Below, one piece after another: positions 58,158-64,000 of a stretch of 64,000 nucleotides of DNA. The stretch is from Rhynchopus sp. YZ270_cl-10 (Eukaryota). The notes below the pieces were generated by a model. It made no database searches, was not told where the DNA came from, and saw only the letters and a program-made list of their open reading frames with translations. Each line of letters begins with the position of its first letter. Within the stretch, counting starts at the first letter, position 1. Position numbers and translations under genes: made by a program. The stretch lies in NCBI GenBank assembly GCA_964035575.1, contig OZ037842.1, positions 682,001 to 746,000 of the forward strand. Reading direction: 5' to 3'.

Positions 58158-61100
58158 TTATCGAAGCTTTCGTATTTCAGGGAGCAGCGCGATGAGGAAC
58201 TTGTGCACCTTGGAGGACAACGTGTCGAAGGGGTTTTTGTACTTGTACACCGCTATGGAGCACAACGCATCCTCGAACTCGCAGTACACTAAACACTCGT
58301 TGTTGTCACATGCACTGCGGAACTGGGAGAAGACCATCACCGCCTGCCGCTCCGTCAGGTACTCATCCTTAAGCTTCATCGTGTCCATCATAATCAGCCA
58401 CTCACTCACAGAAAGCGTGTTCGGGTCCAGCGCCGTCTCCTTCTGCTTCTTCTTAGGCACCGACTCCGAATCTTTGCACGCAAAGAAGCGAAACAGCCAC
58501 ATCAAGTCCCTCCGGAACTCACTCACATGCATCTGAACTGCCTCCGACCAGATCTGCCTGCGAAAGTCCGACACCTCGGCAACGTTCACATTGGAGAGCA
58601 CCTCATTCACAACGATTCCTTCGACAATGTGGGGAAGCCTGCGGCCACGAAGCTTGCGGTCACTGACCTGACGGGCATGCGCAATATGCACGAGGAGCTG
58701 TGCAAACTCTGATGAGTCAAACTTCATCTCGTCGGATAACACCTCGTCTGATTTTCCGTGCTGCGCATGGCAGTTCCCTTGCCAGTACCCGTTGAGCTCT
58801 TTGTTGAGCAAGTTGACGCGGGCATACACTTTCGCTGCCATGGTTTTGTTGAATGACTTCGACAGCAGACGGCAGTCAGTCAGGAAGCGGACGTACTGGG
58901 CGTACTCCATGCGCCCCTTGCAGGAGTACTTCATGAAGACTGTCGAGAGGTCGCTGAAGGCACTGCTGAAGATGTGCCTCAGGTTGTTGAAGTCCGTCTG
59001 CGTCAGTTCCGCCTCTGTGCACGGGAACGGCACCAGGTGCCCATACGAGAACTCCTCAAACCTCCCTATCTCACCAGCAGTGATCTGCATCTGACGTGCT
59101 GTCAGCACCTCCACTGGCGTACCATGCCCTCTACGCGCCATCAGGTACGTGCAGTACTTATGCATATGCTGCCGTGCCGTCAGCCAGTCGGCCATCACTT
59201 CATAACTGTACTGTAGGTCCCTTTCTACAGCAGGATCTTTGCTGGAAGGGCTGAGATCGATTGTCTGTGTTTTTATGTTTTCGAGGCCTTCTTTTGCGTA
59301 TTTGCACCAGAGCTTGAAGAGGACAACGAGGATGACATCGCTTTGAGATTCGAAGATGGTGCTTGGATGCACTTCGATGAAGACCTTTCCGAGGCTCTGG
59401 CCTACTAGCTCTACACGGCGCACATCGGAGTTGGGCATCTGCATCGAGTCTTCAATGATCTGCAGCGCCTTCAGGAGCGCCACGAAGCAGCGCCCATCAC
59501 ACCATGTCTTGGAGAAGTCGTTGGCGGAGACAGGCTCTTCGGGGAGCCCCATGATGTGGCTGTCGTCCGACACTGCGGGCACCTGGACACCTGGTGTGCC
59601 AGGACGTGATGTGTTGGAGCGACGTCGCCCCTTCTGTGACGCAGGGAACAGCGAGACAGGGGCCTGCTGCCGCTTCTTTCTCTCCTTGAGATAGCCGTTG
59701 ATGATCGTCTCCGCCCACGGCAGTAGGATGCGCTCTGAATGCGTCCGCCCCTGCTCCGCATCTCGCGTGAAGTGCATCTCCTGCGGAAACGCAACCAACA
59801 ACGACAAATACCTCCACCCCTCCTCGGAGTACTGCGAGGCCAGATCCATCAACCCGTCTAGATGCTCGGTTTGTGTTTCGCCCTCCTTCTCTGCATCCTC
59901 GAAGTCTTGCGTTTCTCGCGCGATCTTCTCTCGACAGTCGTTGATGCTGAGTTGTAGTGCGTCGGTCTGCATGGTCAGCTCGCGATCCAACGCCATGAGC
60001 TCGCTGAGTCTGCGCCGTACGTCCTGTCTACGCCGTTCTGCGCCTGACACAATGGAGTGCAAGCGGAGGCGGGTAAAGCTCTGCCGCACAGCTAGATTGC
60101 GTTGGTGTCTGCGATTCAGTGAGACCAGCTCCTCGCTCTTCGATTGCATGACACGCATTGTGTTGCGCCAGCCACGGAAGACAACACCAACGAGGTTAGT
60201 CTGCCACTTCGCAACACCCTTCGCTAGGATCAGCTTCTTCCCCCCCAACGACACCATGCCACGAGACAGCGTATCCCCAAGCTCCTCAAAGTGATAAACC
60301 GCACGACGAAACTGCTCAAAACATGGCATATTTTTCAGATAATTCGTAAAATGGTTGCGCGAATCCACCACCCCACCCATCATAGATGGGCGCAAGAAGC
60401 GCTCCCTCCTCTGCGACAGTGTCACACCCTGCAGATAGTTGAGATACACAAACTGGCTGATCCGGTACTGATGCCGCACACCATCTGCCTCCATCGACGT
60501 CGCTAGGTCAGGTGTACCTGGCTTCGCCATGCCTGAAAACTGAAACTTCATTTCAGACGACTGCTCCGAACAGCTGTCGTCAAAGGAGATGTTTGGCTCC
60601 TTTATTGTTGGGGTGATACTGAACGTCGGCACATTTGACATATCTGCGGGCAGCACTGCTGAAAGCGCGGAGGTCAATCCAAATTCCGCTGGCGGCGATG
60701 CAGGACACTGCGACTCCTCTAAAGCACTGCCTACCGGCGTGAGCGAAGGGGGAAGTGGCGGTGGTCGCTTCGCAGAGGCAGGCGAGGTGAGAAGCTGCAA
60801 ACGTTGTGTCAGCATATCCGGTGACGGTGCACTCCCAGACTCGCCCAGCCCTGCATGCACGACAGAACACTCCCTCGAACGTTCGTCCTCCTTGCTAACA
60901 AGCATCTCCACGAGTTTATGCGGTGGGACAAAAAGCGCTTCAATTACAAAGCGCTTTGCCGCCAAAGCCTCAGCATGCATTTCAGGGGATCCGGAAAACA
61001 GAGATGCGGATGGGGGTATTAAAAAGTCGAGTATCAAACAGGCGGTTGCTGTGAGGACGGGGTTTGGGGTGTTGAGGTTTTTTGTTGCGGCGCGTGCATG

Positions 61101-62021
61101 GGAGAATACTAGGGATGCGGAGACGGAGGGGCTGGTGGCACCCTGGAGGACAGATGCGTAGCCGGGACTCCATTCGGCAGCCACCTCGCGGATCTTCATG
61201 GCCACGGTTGCGTCGCCGATCCACCCTTCCATGCCTTGCATGCCGTTCACACCTAGCCCTGCTACCACCTCCGCGACTTCCCCTCGCCGTGCACCCCCAC
61301 TGAACCCAGTATGCGCACCACCCTCCCCACCGCTTTCACGCAAACAATGCAAATAATTCGCCTCCCTATCGATCTCACGGTACTTCGACGGAACCGACGA
61401 CATCACAGAACACACAGAACCCCGCTCCGACGTCTTATCTGTAAACAAATGAGACATCCCTGAAGATATGGACCCCAAAGAAGAAGACGTCGCGTGCCGT
61501 GCACTGACCATGCTTTCAGACAAGCTGTTTGCAACGGAGCTGTCGAAGCTGCCTTTTGGATGAGACTCCTTCGGCATGCTGTCCTGACAGGGGGCAGAAA
61601 CAGCCGAGAAGGTTCTGCTGTTCTGCCGGCTGCTTACGGGACTCCCGAGTTGTGTCATGCCACGCAGTATATTAGTGCTTCTCCGGCGTTCATTTGCAAA
61701 ATCTGTAATACGTAGACTGCCGCATTCCTCCTCCTCATCCTCCTCACGGCACGCAGGAGGAACACGAGGTGTTGACACCTGGGGTTGGTCACTCAGAAAC
61801 ACGCCAAACGGACATTCGTTCAACTCCAGCGCGGTGCTCTGATCGAGTCTCAGCCCCGTTGCAGGCGCCTCTGTGCGGGAGGACGACAGCCTACCCTTAG
61901 GGGGCGACCTGTTCTGCAGAAGCTCAACCTCCTCAGGTATGCCATGTGACAGCACAGCACTGATAGCGCGGTGTTTTGACCTAGGCACCGGCTTCTCGAG
62001 ACGCCCCAACCCAGCAAGCAT
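58158..62021 (-). CDS. Large hypothetical protein: disordered N-terminus, coiled coil, calponin-homology-like segment, C-terminal EF-hand/p25-like helices
   Basis: ERILLPW...NDFSKTWCDGRCFVALL is CH-like. VFMKYSCKGRMEYAQYVRFLTDCRLL and LVYCEFEDAL are EF-hand-like. First ATG is 62021, after a TGCAG acceptor. Confidence 0.7.
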   Translation of the reverse strand: MLAGLGRLEKPVPRSKHRAISAVLSHGIPEEVELLQNRSPPKGRLSSSRTEAPATGLRLDQSTALELNECPFGVFLSDQPQVSTPRVPPACREEDEEEECGSLRITDFANERRRSTNILRGMTQLGSPVSSRQNSRTFSAVSAPCQDSMPKESHPKGSFDSSVANSLSESMVSARHATSSSLGSISSGMSHLFTDKTSERGSVCSVMSSVPSKYREIDREANYLHCLRESGGEGGAHTGFSGGARRGEVAEVVAGLGVNGMQGMEGWIGDATVAMKIREVAAEWSPGYASVLQGATSPSVSASLVFSHARAATKNLNTPNPVLTATACLILDFLIPPSASLFSGSPEMHAEALAAKRFVIEALFVPPHKLVEMLVSKEDERSRECSVVHAGLGESGSAPSPDMLTQRLQLLTSPASAKRPPPLPPSLTPVGSALEESQCPASPPAEFGLTSALSAVLPADMSNVPTFSITPTIKEPNISFDDSCSEQSSEMKFQFSGMAKPGTPDLATSMEADGVRHQYRISQFVYLNYLQGVTLSQRRERFLRPSMMGGVVDSRNHFTNYLKNMPCFEQFRRAVYHFEELGDTLSRGMVSLGGKKLILAKGVAKWQTNLVGVVFRGWRNTMRVMQSKSEELVSLNRRHQRNLAVRQSFTRLRLHSIVSGAERRRQDVRRRLSELMALDRELTMQTDALQLSINDCREKIARETQDFEDAEKEGETQTEHLDGLMDLASQYSEEGWRYLSLLVAFPQEMHFTRDAEQGRTHSERILLPWAETIINGYLKERKKRQQAPVSLFPASQKGRRRSNTSRPGTPGVQVPAVSDDSHIMGLPEEPVSANDFSKTWCDGRCFVALLKALQIIEDSMQMPNSDVRRVELVGQSLGKVFIEVHPSTIFESQSDVILVVLFKLWCKYAKEGLENIKTQTIDLSPSSKDPAVERDLQYSYEVMADWLTARQHMHKYCTYLMARRGHGTPVEVLTARQMQITAGEIGRFEEFSYGHLVPFPCTEAELTQTDFNNLRHIFSSAFSDLSTVFMKYSCKGRMEYAQYVRFLTDCRLLSKSFNKTMAAKVYARVNLLNKELNGYWQGNCHAQHGKSDEVLSDEMKFDSSEFAQLLVHIAHARQVSDRKLRGRRLPHIVEGIVVNEVLSNVNVAEVSDFRRQIWSEAVQMHVSEFRRDLMWLFRFFACKDSESVPKKKQKETALDPNTLSVSEWLIMMDTMKLKDEYLTERQAVMVFSQFRSACDNNECLVYCEFEDALCSIAVYKYKNPFDTLSSKVHKFLIALLPEIRKLR

Positions 62022-62465
62022 TGTCCCGCTCTGCACACAACCATGAACAACGTTGGTAAATCACCGCTTAGTCTAAATGATGAAACGTAAAAAAATGTCT
62101 GTTAGATTGGGCAGATGGGGGGTGAAATATTTGTGGGGCAGGAAGGAAACACAGAGGATGCATGAAGGGTTTGGTTGCAGAGATTGCGGGAAAGCCCAAA
62201 ATATTCGCCGAAAGAGCAAAACTGAGGGGAGAGGGGGGAACACAGAGAGTGTGAGTAGTGGGGTGGGGCTTTCGTTTGGCGTTGTGTTTTGATACAAGGG
62301 GGTGCTGTTAAAGAGAGTGGGGTTTGTGCATAAGGGGCGTCAACTACGCCACTGTGCTGTCGCACAGCTCACAGACGGGGTGGGGACAGTAACATAATAG
62401 AAAGAAACGAAGCAAGACAAGGCTTGCGTGCAGTGACTGCTCATATGTGATGTCAACGTGTCTGC

Positions 62466-62807
62466 TTACTTGGAGACGTACAGGGTGCGGCCACGCTTCT
62501 TCAGGGCGTACAGGATGTGCTCCACACGCACCGTCTTCGCAGGGGCGTTCTCACGCACCTCCATCAGCGCGTGGGTGTCCTTCATCACCTGCTCAACGAA
62601 GTTCCTCAGGATCTCCCTTGCCTCGTCGTAGACGCTGCTAGCAAGACGCTTGCACCCTCCACGGCGGGCCAGACGGCGGATGCTTCCCTTCGTGATACCA
62701 CGGCCCTTGTTCGACTTTGCGCCCTTGCGCTTCTGGCTTCCGCTCGTTTTCTTATCAGCCTTTCCAGAGGCAACCGACTTTCCCTTCGCAGACTTGGACG
62801 GACCCAT
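62466..62807 (-). CDS. Divergent histone H4 (variant-like)
   Basis: GITKGSIRRLARRGGCKRL...YDEAR...KTV...YALKKRGRTLY histone-fold signature. Confidence 0.88.
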   Translation of the reverse strand: MGPSKSAKGKSVASGKADKKTSGSQKRKGAKSNKGRGITKGSIRRLARRGGCKRLASSVYDEAREILRNFVEQVMKDTHALMEVRENAPAKTVRVEHILYALKKRGRTLYVSK

Positions 62808-63078
62808 TGTTGTGTTGTGTGTTGCTTGTTTTTGAATATCTGGTGGGGAGAGATGAAGATTGGTTCAGGGATGGGTTCCGGAACAGGCAAAAACGATAAG
62901 TAGTGTTGTTGTTGTTTTTGTGAAGATTATTGTTCTTCGTGTTTGTTTTGTGGTGGGGATCTCCACCCCTCGTTGTGGCCTTGCAACGCAAGGTCACAGA
63001 GGTAAATGTTGCAAGAAAAGGAAAAGACAACAGCTGCACAGTCACGTCAAGTCAGCTTAGTTTTCGACCGCAAGCAAC

Positions 63079-63369
63079 TTACTTCTTCGTGGTCTTGGCC
63101 TTCTTCTTCGTCGACGTTCCCTTCTTCTTTGTTGCGGTTCCCTTCTTCTTCGTGGTGGTCTTCGTGGTGGTTTTCTTTGCCTTCTTGGCCTTCTCCTCCT
63201 TCTTCGCCGCCTTCTTGGCCATGGCGTCCGCCCGCTTCTGCTTCTCAGCCTCCTTCACCTTGTTCACTGCCTCTCTCACAGCGTTCTTCCTCTTCTTTGC
63301 TGCTTCCTTGATCTTCGCAGAGCGCTTCGCATCAGGCTTGGCAATCGCAATCGACTCGAACCTCGGCAT
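63079..63369 (-). CDS. Small Lys/Ala/Thr-rich basic protein, histone H1-like without a globular domain (96 aa)
   Basis: MPRFESIAIAKPDAK...AKKAAKKEEKAKKAKKTTTKTTTKKKG; adjacent to H4. Confidence 0.6.
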   Translation of the reverse strand: MPRFESIAIAKPDAKRSAKIKEAAKKRKNAVREAVNKVKEAEKQKRADAMAKKAAKKEEKAKKAKKTTTKTTTKKKGTATKKKGTSTKKKAKTTKK

Positions 63370-64000
63370 TGTAAGTGTTGGTGTTGTGCAAAATTGAAAC
63401 TGTGCATTGACGTGGTGTGACATGAGGTGCAAAGGGGATGGTTTTCTGAATAACTGCGTGTCAGAAAGCAGGAACAATCTCACACACCGTCTCATCGACC
63501 ACATGGATTGACACTAAAATAGAGGGGCAGAGGAGGGGAGATTCATTTAATAAGAACTTTACATCCAAACAACGGCAGGTATTGAAACCTATGATGAGAG
63601 GAGAAAGACTAATTTCGTATACTTTCAAATAGGAAGAGAAAGCACGAAAAAGAGAGAATAAAAAAAGGCAGGAAAGTGACAGACAAGGTCCAGGTGCGCA
63701 AAAGAGCAAAATGTGGAGAAGACAGTGCAACATACGAGAGCAGTGAATGCAAGGCACTTTGTTTTCTCCACAACAACAAGAAACGCTAATAATAAAATCA
63801 CCCACACCAAACACTTACGCCCAAGAAGAGTTCGGGGTGGTCAGAAGAGAACAAGGGTTCATCATCTGACCACATCGATCCACGAGGTCAAAGAGTTCTG
63901 CTGTGGCGACAACCGGCGGGGGCCGGTGTTCTATAAAGCAAAGAGAAAGGGGAAAACAGGAAATGGAGAATTAGGTAATGAAAAGAACAGGGTTATGCTG

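Noticed and set aside
63837..63873. Inverted repeat GTGGTCAGA/TCTGACCAC enclosing ATGATGA...CTGA on the minus strand
   Set aside because: The boxes are only 14 nt apart, too short for a C/D snoRNA, and it lacks SECIS geometry; it may be part of an exon
63819..63910. Possible exon bounded by a TAG acceptor and a GTAAGT donor
   Set aside because: Frame and partner exons cannot be determined at the window edge

Overview
Eukaryotic nuclear DNA, most likely a euglenozoan with cis-spliced introns (diplonemid-like). This is an inference from beta-tubulin ending ...EQY, a kinetoplastid-style H4 (GSQKR, GITKGSIRR), a euglenozoan-like 18S fragment, and single-strand gene organisation. All 17 supported protein genes lie on the minus strand: lysine-rich H1-like, divergent H4, CH/EF-hand-like protein, RRM protein, membrane protein, mS34-RRM, cytoplasmic dynein-1 heavy chain, triple-domain RidA, dynein-stalk-like/EF-hand protein, TPR-like protein, soluble-type adenylate cyclase, coiled-coil/QG-repeat protein, leucyl-tRNA synthetase, beta-tubulin, ankyrin protein, Ubl-WD40 protein and a His/Glu-rich membrane protein. 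Main observations: (1) all 13 GT-AG introns I could reconstruct fall in the last quarter of their CDS; (2) a family of short, always co-oriented non-coding modules (A, B and hairpin C) recurs about 19 times; (3) whole-domain insertions occur in conserved proteins (FN3-like in LeuRS, a ~125-aa insert in the dynein tail); (4) an antisense 18S rRNA fragment sits inside a LeuRS intron; (5) there is a duplicated box C/D snoRNA candidate. All calls were made by eye without database searches.
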